In this document: positions 1 through 7,360 of the stretch, piece by piece
Position numbering within the stretch: the first letter of the stretch is position 1
How the letters are laid out: each line of letters opens with the position of its first letter
NCBI GenBank assembly: GCA_030550175.1
Contig: JAUQPW010000089.1
Span: forward strand, 1-24,981
Direction: 5' to 3'
DNA length: 24,981 nt
From: a bacterium
Lineage (GTDB): Bacteria; Moduliflexota; Moduliflexia; Moduliflexales; JAUQPW01
Position numbers and translations under genes: made by a program
Notes under the pieces: model-generated
Databases searched by the model: none
The model's input: only the letters and a program-made list of their open reading frames with translations
What the model was told of the DNA's origin: nothing

Positions 1-70
1 ACCCCCCCACTCCCATACTCCCCCACTCCCATACTCCCCCACCCCCATACCTCCACACTCCCATACCCTC
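1..70. repeat. Pyrimidine-strand tandem-octamer repeat (ACTCCCAT/ACTCCCCC units), cut by the window edge. Same family as 7029-7121 and 13838-13896.
   Basis: Direct reading shows imperfect tandem units cactccca, tactcccc, cactccca, tactcccc, cacactccca. It lies immediately downstream of the minus-strand receiver gene stop at 74-76. The same motif recurs twice elsewhere in the window. Confidence 0.7.
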
Positions 71-73
71 ATT

Positions 74-475
74 TTATTGATCTGATTCTTCCAAAACCCA
101 TCGTACGATCTCAACGGCTTTATCTAGATTTAAGGGTTTAGAAATAAAATGCTCGGCTCCCGCACGTAAAGCCTCTTCAATCACTTCCTCATGGGAGATT
201 CCACTGATCAGAATAATGAGGGTATGAGGATTTATTCCCATAAAACGTCGGACCAGGGTAATTCCGTCCGTATCGGGTAAGGACATATCCATGGTAACAA
301 CGTCGGGTTTAAGTTCTTCAAAACGATGGAGAGCCTCCTCGCCCGACGTAGCTTCTCCAACGACTTCCCCACCCACCTGTTCTACCACCTTACTTAAGCT
401 TATACGCGCAAATCGGGAGTCGTCTACCAGGAGAAATCGAAATTTTTTTCCATCTTTTTTAAGAATCTCAGCCAT
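74..475 (-). CDS. cheY: CheY-like single-domain response regulator (receiver domain only)
   Basis: Translation FRFLLVDDSRFARISL...PDVVTMDMSLPDTDGITL...ISKPLN carries the DD acid pocket, the phospho-acceptor Asp in MDMSLPD, and a conserved Lys near the C-terminus. The ORF-track start at 493 is GTG; an in-frame ATG at 473-475 gives MAEILKKDGKKFRFLLVDD, which is the typical receiver N-terminal length. It lies about 25 nt downstream of the CheA stop on the same strand. Confidence 0.85.
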   Translation of the reverse strand: MAEILKKDGKKFRFLLVDDSRFARISLSKVVEQVGGEVVGEATSGEEALHRFEELKPDVVTMDMSLPDTDGITLVRRFMGINPHTLIILISGISHEEVIEEALRAGAEHFISKPLNLDKAVEIVRWVLEESDQ

Positions 476-500
476 AATTAGAGTATTCAGCACTCAGTAG

Positions 501-3500
501 CTAGTACTCTCGGTTATACATCTTGCCGATGAGGGCAGGTACATCCAAAATCAGAATCACCCGTCCGTCTCCAAGTTTGGAAGCACTGGAAACAATATCT
601 GTTTTGACAATCTTAGTATCCAAGGATTTAATAACCAATTCTTCTTTTTCTAAGGGTTGGTCCGTGACAATCCCTACTAATTCATCTCGTGCAACCCGTA
701 CCACCACTACAAATAACTTCTCATTCTGGATTTTAGGTTGAGGAACTCCCAAAATATCGTAAGGTCTCAGGAGGTGAATGACCTGACCTCTGAGTTGAAA
801 AACCTCCTGTTTTCCTATGATCTCGATGTTCTTTGTTGAAATTCTCAAGACTTCTACCACGAGAGATAAAGGAATGGCAAAAACGCGGTTCCCGATTTCC
901 AGCAGAAGGGCTTGAATAATGGCTAAAGTTAAAGGGAGTTTAACGATAAATCGGGTTCCTTTATTCAGTTGGCTTTCTACTTCTAAGGTACCATTAAGCT
1001 CTTCGATGACCTTACGAGCACTCTGGATTCCCGGACCAAACAAAAAGGAGCTTTCCTCACTTTCAGGAACGACTAATCCCCGATTAAAGAATACATTGAA
1101 AAAGTCAGAAATGGAGAGGTTTTCAGCTTCCTCGGGAGTGAAAAATTTATGTTGGATCGCTAAATTTTTCACCCGTACCAGGTCAGTTCCTCTCCCATCA
1201 TCGGAAATTTCGATAATAATTTGATTGCCGGCATGGTAAGAGTTGAGACTTACTCTACCTGTGGTCGGTTTACCCAGTTGGGCCCGTACAGAGGGAGGTT
1301 CGATTCCATATTCTATAACGCTTCGAAGAAGTTTTGTTAAAGGCTCCCCAATCAGATCCAGAATAGCTTTATCCAGTTCGGTGTGTTCTCCGGTTATTTC
1401 CAACTTCACTTCTTTACCTTTTTTTAGAGCCAGATCTCTAACCAGTCGAGGAAATCGTTTGAATACTACATCGATCGGCATCATGCGAACCTTCATGATA
1501 TTTTCTTGTAAGTTCAACAAATTTTTTCGAACCAACATGTTCGTCTTCATAAGCTGCTCGATCAAACGGGCTGTTTCTCCGGTAGGAAAAATAGAATTTA
1601 ACTTACTTAAACCCTGGGAAAGGGTCGCTCCTCCGATAACCAGTTCCCCAACCACATTCATGATTTCATCCAGCAGTTGATAATCTACACGTAAGGTTTT
1701 TTTAGCCGACGGTGTAGAAGTAAGGGGAGTATAGGAAGAGATTTCGAACTCCTCATCTACAGAATAGGAGGGCACAGGCTCAGAACCCGGTGAAAGGACT
1801 TCTACCCTACGGGTTTCGGATAAGGGGGGAAGTACAAAGGGAGATATACGAACAGCTTGAACAACTGCGGCTACTTTTCCCCGACGTTGGATCAACTCTT
1901 CAGATGCACTACTGGCCAGGATGAGTTGGAAGTGATTTGCTCTTTTTAATTCATTGCTCCCTAAAGGTGGGTTCACTTTGATAACCTCCCCCAGCCGGGA
2001 GAGCTTTCGAGTTACCATAAAAGCACCTGCAGAGTGCAGGGACCAATCGGGTGCAAATTCTATTTCTATTCGGAATACTTTTTTTCCTTTTTCTTGAGCT
2101 TCCTTGAGTTTTACTTCTTCATATCTAATCAGTTCAATACCTTCTTCCTGTTGATGAACCAGAGAGACGGCTGTTTCGGTTAAGGACCCTGTCACCAGTT
2201 GATTAATTTTTGTTAAAAGTGGCGTTAGATCCAGGGGGCTGGTTCCATCTGTTTTATAGTCATTGACCAATCTCCGAAGAGTATCCAGGCAATTAAAAAG
2301 AACGGTAATCGAACCCTGGGTAATAATTCCGTCAGATTTCTGAACGGCCTTAAGGGTCTCTTCCATATGGCGACTCAGGGAATTAATCTTTTCAAATCCG
2401 AGAAATCCCGAATTGCCTTTTAACGTGTGGAAGGCCGTTATAACATTTCTTAGAATATTTCGATCTCCAGGGGCTTTCTCAAGGGCCAGGATTCCTTTCT
2501 CCAGACCTTCCAGGATATCACCGGCCTCCTCGAAGAAAATTTCCAAAAATTCTTCATTTTCTTCTTCCTCCGCAACCCCCCCTTCACGGGTTATGAGAAC
2601 CAGCGAAGGATCTACAGCCTCCAACCATTCCGTTGTATACAATCTCTTTTCCCTAGGCATGGTGGAGATGATCCCGTTTTGAAACAGGAGCTCTCGAAAG
2701 GAAAGAAGCCCTATTTTAAAGAGGTTATCCATCTTCATGGAGTATTTATTGAGGGCCAGAATTTTCTCCAGCTCGATTTTATCAGCAGAAAGGGGCTCCG
2801 ATAAAATTGTGGCCGCTTCTTCTGGATTCTCGTTAATGAAATCTGTTGCCTTTTTAAAGGCCCGGATCAGAGCTTTAAGCGTGTCGGGATGTTGTTGAAG
2901 ATTCTCGTTCAAAACCATGAGAACACTCTGATCTACCAACCAGTTAATCTCTTCCTCATAGCCCGGTATGGCTGAACGGGAACCGGAGAAATAAAATTTA
3001 CCTCCTATGGCCTGGGCCCGGCTAGTCCAGGGTTCCCAACACGCTATCCCATCGACCTCTCCCCGTTGTAGCGCTTCTAACTGTTGAGCGGGAAGCAGGT
3101 CTACAAAGGTAACCCGCGTCAGATCTACTCCAAACTCCCGGGCCATACTCTGAAGGGCAATATAAACCGCGGCCCCTTTCGCCATTCCTATTTTCTTTCC
3201 CTCTAAATCCCTGGGAGTTACAATTCCAGAATCCTCCCGAATCACAACTTGCTGAGTTCCAGAAATATCTGCCAGAGGGGCCACAATTTTAACATCCAGG
3301 CCTCGATCCTGAAGAATGAGCGTGGTAACCGGAGTCTGGGTAAAGGCAAAAGGCTTCTCTTTGGCCTGAATCACTTCATCCGGCATTATGGTTCCAGAGG
3401 GAAGAAGTCGATATTCTACTTGTAGGCCTTCTTCATCAAAAAATCCCTTTTCTTTAGCTAATATCAACTGACTTGAAATGTTTGGATCTTTAACGCCATA

Positions 3501-3533
3501 AAGCTCGATTCTATCCACAACCCCATCCTCCAT
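501..3533 (-). CDS. cheA: CheA-family chemotaxis histidine kinase (1010 aa): N-terminal NMT1/SsuA-like substrate-binding domain, HPt (P1), dimerisation (P3), HATPase (P4) and C-terminal CheW-like (P5) domain
   Basis: The ATG start at 3531-3533 was verified. The N-terminal ~300 aa (VKIVAPLADISGTQQVVIRED...GKKIGMAKGAAVYIALQ...GEVDGIACWEPW) resemble ABC-type nitrate/sulfonate/bicarbonate periplasmic-binding (NMT1/SsuA) folds but have no signal peptide or TM segment. The HPt motif is ITAFHTLKGNSGFLGF, the dimerisation region is DYQLLDEIMNVVGELVI, the ATPase motifs are IEISDDGRGTD and GPGIQSARKVIEELNGTLEVESQLNKGTRF, and the CheW-like tail is RVFAIPLSLVVEVLRI...VVVVRVARDELVGIVTDQ. Confidence 0.85.
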   Translation of the reverse strand: MEDGVVDRIELYGVKDPNISSQLILAKEKGFFDEEGLQVEYRLLPSGTIMPDEVIQAKEKPFAFTQTPVTTLILQDRGLDVKIVAPLADISGTQQVVIREDSGIVTPRDLEGKKIGMAKGAAVYIALQSMAREFGVDLTRVTFVDLLPAQQLEALQRGEVDGIACWEPWTSRAQAIGGKFYFSGSRSAIPGYEEEINWLVDQSVLMVLNENLQQHPDTLKALIRAFKKATDFINENPEEAATILSEPLSADKIELEKILALNKYSMKMDNLFKIGLLSFRELLFQNGIISTMPREKRLYTTEWLEAVDPSLVLITREGGVAEEEENEEFLEIFFEEAGDILEGLEKGILALEKAPGDRNILRNVITAFHTLKGNSGFLGFEKINSLSRHMEETLKAVQKSDGIITQGSITVLFNCLDTLRRLVNDYKTDGTSPLDLTPLLTKINQLVTGSLTETAVSLVHQQEEGIELIRYEEVKLKEAQEKGKKVFRIEIEFAPDWSLHSAGAFMVTRKLSRLGEVIKVNPPLGSNELKRANHFQLILASSASEELIQRRGKVAAVVQAVRISPFVLPPLSETRRVEVLSPGSEPVPSYSVDEEFEISSYTPLTSTPSAKKTLRVDYQLLDEIMNVVGELVIGGATLSQGLSKLNSIFPTGETARLIEQLMKTNMLVRKNLLNLQENIMKVRMMPIDVVFKRFPRLVRDLALKKGKEVKLEITGEHTELDKAILDLIGEPLTKLLRSVIEYGIEPPSVRAQLGKPTTGRVSLNSYHAGNQIIIEISDDGRGTDLVRVKNLAIQHKFFTPEEAENLSISDFFNVFFNRGLVVPESEESSFLFGPGIQSARKVIEELNGTLEVESQLNKGTRFIVKLPLTLAIIQALLLEIGNRVFAIPLSLVVEVLRISTKNIEIIGKQEVFQLRGQVIHLLRPYDILGVPQPKIQNEKLFVVVVRVARDELVGIVTDQPLEKEELVIKSLDTKIVKTDIVSSASKLGDGRVILILDVPALIGKMYNREY

Positions 3534-3626
3534 GAGAGGGTTTTACTTTTGTTCCTTTAAAAGTTATATCCTTTATATCCACCTTTTTGATAAAGTCAAC
3601 TTTTTTGTGGTACTTCCTTATTTCCA

Positions 3627-3656
3627 TTGACATCATCAAATGGTGGGTCGTATTTA
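3627..3656 (+). promoter_or_regulatory. Candidate sigma70-type promoter for the inositol-phosphate synthase gene (TTGACA -35, 18-nt spacer, TATTTA -10)
   Basis: TTGACA sits at 3627-3632 and TATTTA at 3651-3656, in the divergent region between cheA and the ino1-like gene. This is sequence reading only. Confidence 0.3.
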
Positions 3657-3800
3657 AAAATTTATATTCTCATACCTTTATAGATCTAAATTTTAATCTG
3701 AGCTAGAGGAACACAGGATATAAGGAGGTTTCTAAAGTACAAAATTAACTTTAGCTCACCTTGGATATACCCTGTATTTCTCCGGCTTGATGCTACCTTC

Positions 3801-5117
3801 ATGATAGAGAAAGGTATTTCTATTAAGCCTGCGGAAGGTCGATTGGGAGTTTTACTTCCGGGATTAGGGGCCGTCAGTACTACTTTGATAGCAGGTGTTG
3901 AGCTTATTAAGAAAGGTCTGGGTCGCCCGATTGGGTCCCTCACCCAGCTCGGAACGATTCGTCTGGGAAAGCGAACGGATAAGCGAGTTCCTAAGATTAA
4001 AGATTTTGTTCCTTTGACCAAGCTAGAAGATCTGGTTTTTGGAGCCTGGGATATCTTTCAAGATAACGGCTATCAGGCTGCTTTGAAAGCGGGTGTTATT
4101 GAGAAAAGTTTACTGGATCAGGTTCGAAAGGAGTTGGAAGCTATCGTTCCCTGGCGTGCCGTATTTGATCAGGCCTATGTTAAACGGCTTTCCGGTGATA
4201 ATATCAAAAAAGGGCAGAACAAAATGGATTTAGCCTATCAGCTCATGGAAGATATTCAGCGTTTCAAAAAAGAGTGGAATTTATCCCGGATGGTTATGAT
4301 CTGGTGCGCCAGTACAGAGTCTTTTTTAGAACCTGACGAAGTCCATCAGAGTCTCAAGAACTTTGAATCCGGATTAAAAGAAAATCATCCCAAAATTGCC
4401 CCCAGCATGATTTACGCCTATGCTGCACTCTGTTCAGGGGTCCCCTTTGCCAATGGAGCTCCTAACCTCACGGTCGATATACCGGCTTTGGTCGAGTTAT
4501 CCCATCAGAATGGGGTTCCCATCGCCGGGAAAGATTTTAAAACTGGACAAACCCTTATGAAAACTATCCTTGCACCCGGTTTAAAGTCTAGAGTTCTGGG
4601 TCTAAAGGGTTGGTTTTCCACTAACCTTCTCGGAAATCGGGACGGAGAAGTCCTAGATGATCCGGCTTCTTTCAAAACCAAAGAAGAAAGCAAGCTATCG
4701 GCCCTTAATTATATTCTTCAGCCGGATCTCTACCCGGAACTTTATGAGAAGGTTATACATCAGGTTCATATTCACTATTATCCACCCCGAGGAGATAACA
4801 AAGAAGGTTGGGATAATATCGATATTTTTGGTTGGTTGGGATATCCCATGCAAATTAAAATTAACTTCCTCTGCAGAGATAGCATCCTGGCAGCTCCCAT
4901 CGTTCTGGATCTGGCTCTCTTCATGGATTTGGCGCAAAGATGCAATATGCGTGGAATCCAGGAATGGCTCTCGTTTTACTTTAAAAGTCCCATGTGCGCC
5001 CCTGAGCTTTACCCGGAACATGATCTTTTCATCCAGCTTATGAAGCTTAAAAATACTCTACGCTATATCCGGGGGGAGGAATTAATTACCCATTTGGGAC
5101 TCGAGTATTATGATTAA
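3801..5117 (+). CDS. ino1: myo-inositol-1-phosphate synthase (archaeal/bacterial short type, NAD-dependent)
   Basis: The blocks GVLLPGLGAVSTTLIAG, MIYAYAALCSGVPFANGAPNLTVDIPALVELSHQNGVPIAGKDFKTGQTLMKTILAPGL and FYFKSPM match the conserved blocks of Archaeoglobus-type MIPS (…SMLYAYAAL..LPYANFTPS…IPAL.ELA…GVPHAGNDGKTGETL.KT.LAP…FFFKSPM). Confidence 0.85.
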   Translation: MIEKGISIKPAEGRLGVLLPGLGAVSTTLIAGVELIKKGLGRPIGSLTQLGTIRLGKRTDKRVPKIKDFVPLTKLEDLVFGAWDIFQDNGYQAALKAGVIEKSLLDQVRKELEAIVPWRAVFDQAYVKRLSGDNIKKGQNKMDLAYQLMEDIQRFKKEWNLSRMVMIWCASTESFLEPDEVHQSLKNFESGLKENHPKIAPSMIYAYAALCSGVPFANGAPNLTVDIPALVELSHQNGVPIAGKDFKTGQTLMKTILAPGLKSRVLGLKGWFSTNLLGNRDGEVLDDPASFKTKEESKLSALNYILQPDLYPELYEKVIHQVHIHYYPPRGDNKEGWDNIDIFGWLGYPMQIKINFLCRDSILAAPIVLDLALFMDLAQRCNMRGIQEWLSFYFKSPMCAPELYPEHDLFIQLMKLKNTLRYIRGEELITHLGLEYYD

Positions 5118-5159
5118 AAACGGAAACCGGAGAGAGGGAAGCCGGCGGGTGAAAAAAGA

Positions 5160-5188
5160 TTGACAAACTTCTCCCGTTTTGGGATAAT
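5160..5188 (+). promoter_or_regulatory. Candidate sigma70-type promoter for the subtilase gene (TTGACA -35, 17-nt spacer, GATAAT -10); AGGAGA RBS at 5210-5215
   Basis: TTGACA is at 5160-5165 and GATAAT at 5183-5188. An AGGAGA Shine-Dalgarno lies 7 nt before the ATG at 5223. Confidence 0.4.
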
Positions 5189-5222
5189 AATTTAAAGTCT
5201 TTACCACTCAGGAGATAAATGT

Positions 5223-7028
5223 ATGAGTTACCGTCGGTATTTTATAGTTTATTATCTGGTTAGTTTCCTGTCTTTTTTCCCCCTACAAAGTGCCGCTCAG
5301 GAGGATGATGGGGAGGTGGTTGTTAATTTTAAAGACAACCTTCCCCAGGAAGAGATTGAGAAAATTGCCCACAAGTATGGAATTCAGTTAACCTATAACA
5401 GCATTTTCTCAAAGCCGGAAGCCCTTACCCGATTTTCAAAGGCAGGGATGGATCCTGACACGCTTCAGAAACTCCTGCAAGCTTTAGCTGCAGAGTCTAC
5501 CGTTGAATATGTAGAACCTAATTATCTTTATCAAGCTTTTGAAATTCCCAATGATCCACTTTTTGATAAACAATGGAACATGAAGTTCATTCAGATGCCG
5601 GAAGCCTGGGATAAAACCCATGGAAAAGGGGTTATCGTGGCCGTTATCGATACGGGAGTTGCCTATGAAGATTATCAAGACAGAAAAGGTGTTTACCACC
5701 GGGTCCAAGATCTGGCAAACACTCAATTTACGGAAGGTTATGATTTTATCGATGATGATACCCATCCCAACGATGATAACGGTCATGGAACCCATGTAGC
5801 CGGAACCATTGCCCAGTCAACCAATAATGGGATTGGGGTGGCAGGAATAGCCTATGAAGCTACCATCATGCCGTTAAAAGTTTTGAACCGGTTTGGGTTC
5901 GGGAATATAGCCGATATTGCTGAAGCTATCCGATATGCAGCGGACCATGGTGTACAGGTTATCAATCTAAGTTTAGGGGGCTTTTTTCCCAGCAGAACTA
6001 TTCAAGAAGCCATGGCCTATGCCCATGATAAAGGCGTGACCCTGGTGTGTGCAGCCGGGAATTCAGGTCGTAGAGGTGTGAGTTTTCCGGCTTCCGATCC
6101 TCATTGTATAGGCATCTCTGCCCTGGGGCCGGATGGAACCCTGGCTCCCTATTCCAGTTACGGTCCGGAGATCGACCTGGCTGCACCGGGCGGAGATACC
6201 AGTAAGGGCATCGGTTATGGAATCCTTCAAAATACTATTGGATACATGGATCCAACCCGGGATGGTTATGAATATTTCCAGGGGACTTCCATGGCGGCAC
6301 CCCACGTGGCGGGTACGGCGGCTCTGATCATCTCCCTGGGGGTGAAAAATCCCGATGAAGTAGAGAAAATCCTCAAAGCCAGTGCAACCCGGCGGACCCA
6401 ACAAGGGGAGTCCCTTTCGAACACTATTACAGGAGAAAACCGGGATGAGAAATACGGCGCCGGACTCCTCAATGCAGCCGCTGCCGTCTCTTCCCTCCGA
6501 CCCGATATCTTTGTTCCGCAAACGGCGATCATACCCGTCAGATTAAAATATCTCCTGGTGGCGATCTTATTAGCCTGGATCTATTTTAAATTCCTTAGAG
6601 GTTTTCACCTGCCCAAGGGGCTTCCCAGACTTCTTTTCTGGCTTGGGTTCCTGTGGGCTTCCTCGGGACTTTTTTTCCTGAATTTTTTCCCCTTCCCCGA
6701 CCTATTAAGCAAGGGTATAACCCCCTTTGTCCAAGCTTTTCCAGATTTAGATTATCCTCTGTTGGGGAGGATTTCGGATTTAAACCCCTTGTTCCATAGC
6801 GCGGTCCTTCCCCTTCTTTTGATCATAACCTTGTTAAGTACAAAATCTCTCAGCCGTTTTGCCCTGGGCTTTACCCTGGGTCTGGCCGCTCATCTAGTGG
6901 TAGATGTTCTTCTAACTTCGGCAACGGTTGCTTATATTCCCGGAAATTTCCTGCTGGATAAAACCTGGCTTTTAGTGAATGCCCTTTTTTCCTTTTGGTT
7001 AGCTTACCTTGCGGGAAAACCCTCGTAG
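5223..7028 (+). CDS. Secreted S8 subtilisin-family serine protease with I9 propeptide, fused to a C-terminal ~5-helix integral-membrane domain
   Basis: The signal peptide is MSYRRYFIVYYLVSFLSFFPLQSAAQ. The catalytic triad motifs are VAVIDTGV (Asp), HGTHVAGTIA (His), NSGRRG (oxyanion region) and GTSMAAPHVAGTAALI (Ser). The C-terminal ~170 aa hold five hydrophobic stretches (YLLVAILLAWIYFKFL, LLFWLGFLWASSGLFFLNFF, VLPLLLIITLLS, FALGFTLGLAAHLVVDVLL, WLLVNALFSFWLAYLAG). Confidence 0.85.
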   Translation: MSYRRYFIVYYLVSFLSFFPLQSAAQEDDGEVVVNFKDNLPQEEIEKIAHKYGIQLTYNSIFSKPEALTRFSKAGMDPDTLQKLLQALAAESTVEYVEPNYLYQAFEIPNDPLFDKQWNMKFIQMPEAWDKTHGKGVIVAVIDTGVAYEDYQDRKGVYHRVQDLANTQFTEGYDFIDDDTHPNDDNGHGTHVAGTIAQSTNNGIGVAGIAYEATIMPLKVLNRFGFGNIADIAEAIRYAADHGVQVINLSLGGFFPSRTIQEAMAYAHDKGVTLVCAAGNSGRRGVSFPASDPHCIGISALGPDGTLAPYSSYGPEIDLAAPGGDTSKGIGYGILQNTIGYMDPTRDGYEYFQGTSMAAPHVAGTAALIISLGVKNPDEVEKILKASATRRTQQGESLSNTITGENRDEKYGAGLLNAAAAVSSLRPDIFVPQTAIIPVRLKYLLVAILLAWIYFKFLRGFHLPKGLPRLLFWLGFLWASSGLFFLNFFPFPDLLSKGITPFVQAFPDLDYPLLGRISDLNPLFHSAVLPLLLIITLLSTKSLSRFALGFTLGLAAHLVVDVLLTSATVAYIPGNFLLDKTWLLVNALFSFWLAYLAGKPS

Positions 7029-7121
7029 GAGGGCGGGAGGGTGGGAGTATGGGGGTGTGGGAGTATGGTGGGGAAATTCTCCCACACTTCCACACTCCCA
7101 TACTCCCACCCTCCCACACTT
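7029..7121. repeat. Inverted pair of the ACTCCCA-octamer repeat family forming a long imperfect hairpin. G-rich arm 7029-7073, 7-nt loop AAATTCT, C-rich arm 7081-7121. Probable terminator-type REP-like element downstream of the subtilase gene.
   Basis: The reverse complement of the 7081-7117 arm (GTGGGAGGGTGGGAGTATGGGAGTGTGG...) matches 7031-7052 (GCGGGAGGGTGGGAGTATGGG...) with few mismatches. The same repeat unit occurs at 1-70 and 13838-13896. Confidence 0.75.
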
Positions 7122-7131
7122 CTTTCTTAGA

Positions 7132-7353
7132 TTGACTCTTCGAGGAATTTTAAAGTTTCATCAACTTGGAACCCGATTCTGGGAACTTATTACCGATAGT
7201 GGAGATCATTACGAGTTGATCGGGGGTGATCCTGGTCTTTATCAAGATGGTGCCCGGGTTGTTGTAACTGGGCAAATACGAGAAGATTTAATGAGTGTGG
7301 GAAATATAGGGCCTATCTTTGAGGTAGATACCTTTAAACAGGAGGAAAAATAG
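7132..7353 (+). CDS. Possible small ORF (~73 aa, TTG start, no RBS) or remnant of a small beta-rich domain protein; the upstream part of the annotated 114-aa ORF is just the repeat element read in frame
   Basis: The C-terminal 55 aa (FWELITDSGDHYELIGGDPGLYQDGARVVVTGQIREDLMSVGNIGPIFEVDTF) have the look of a conserved small domain (Y-E-L-x-G-G ... G-A-R-V-x-V-x-G ... M-S-x-x-x-x-G-P). There is no ATG or GTG start and no SD; the only in-frame start is TTG at 7132. Confidence 0.2.
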   Translation: MTLRGILKFHQLGTRFWELITDSGDHYELIGGDPGLYQDGARVVVTGQIREDLMSVGNIGPIFEVDTFKQEEK

Positions 7354-7360
7354 ATATTTT

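Noticed and set aside
1-70. CRISPR array interpretation of the short tandem repeats
   Set aside because: The repeat units are only 7-8 nt and contiguous with no unique spacers. No cas genes are present.
523-3533. Multiple 60-150-aa ORFs antisense to cheA (e.g. 919-1224, 1243-1680, 2413-2682)
   Set aside because: They are fully embedded opposite a long, well-supported CDS and have Ser/Arg/Pro-rich composition typical of antisense frames. They were treated as shadows, as were similar shadows opposite ino1, the subtilase, emrA, the SDR, the aldolase, smc and the patatin gene.
7009-7131. N-terminal part of the annotated 114-aa ORF (MRENPRRRAGGWEYGGVGVWWG...)
   Set aside because: This peptide is simply the G-rich repeat hairpin read in frame (Gly/Trp/Val codons). 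The start codon lies inside the subtilase gene. It is not a real N-terminus.
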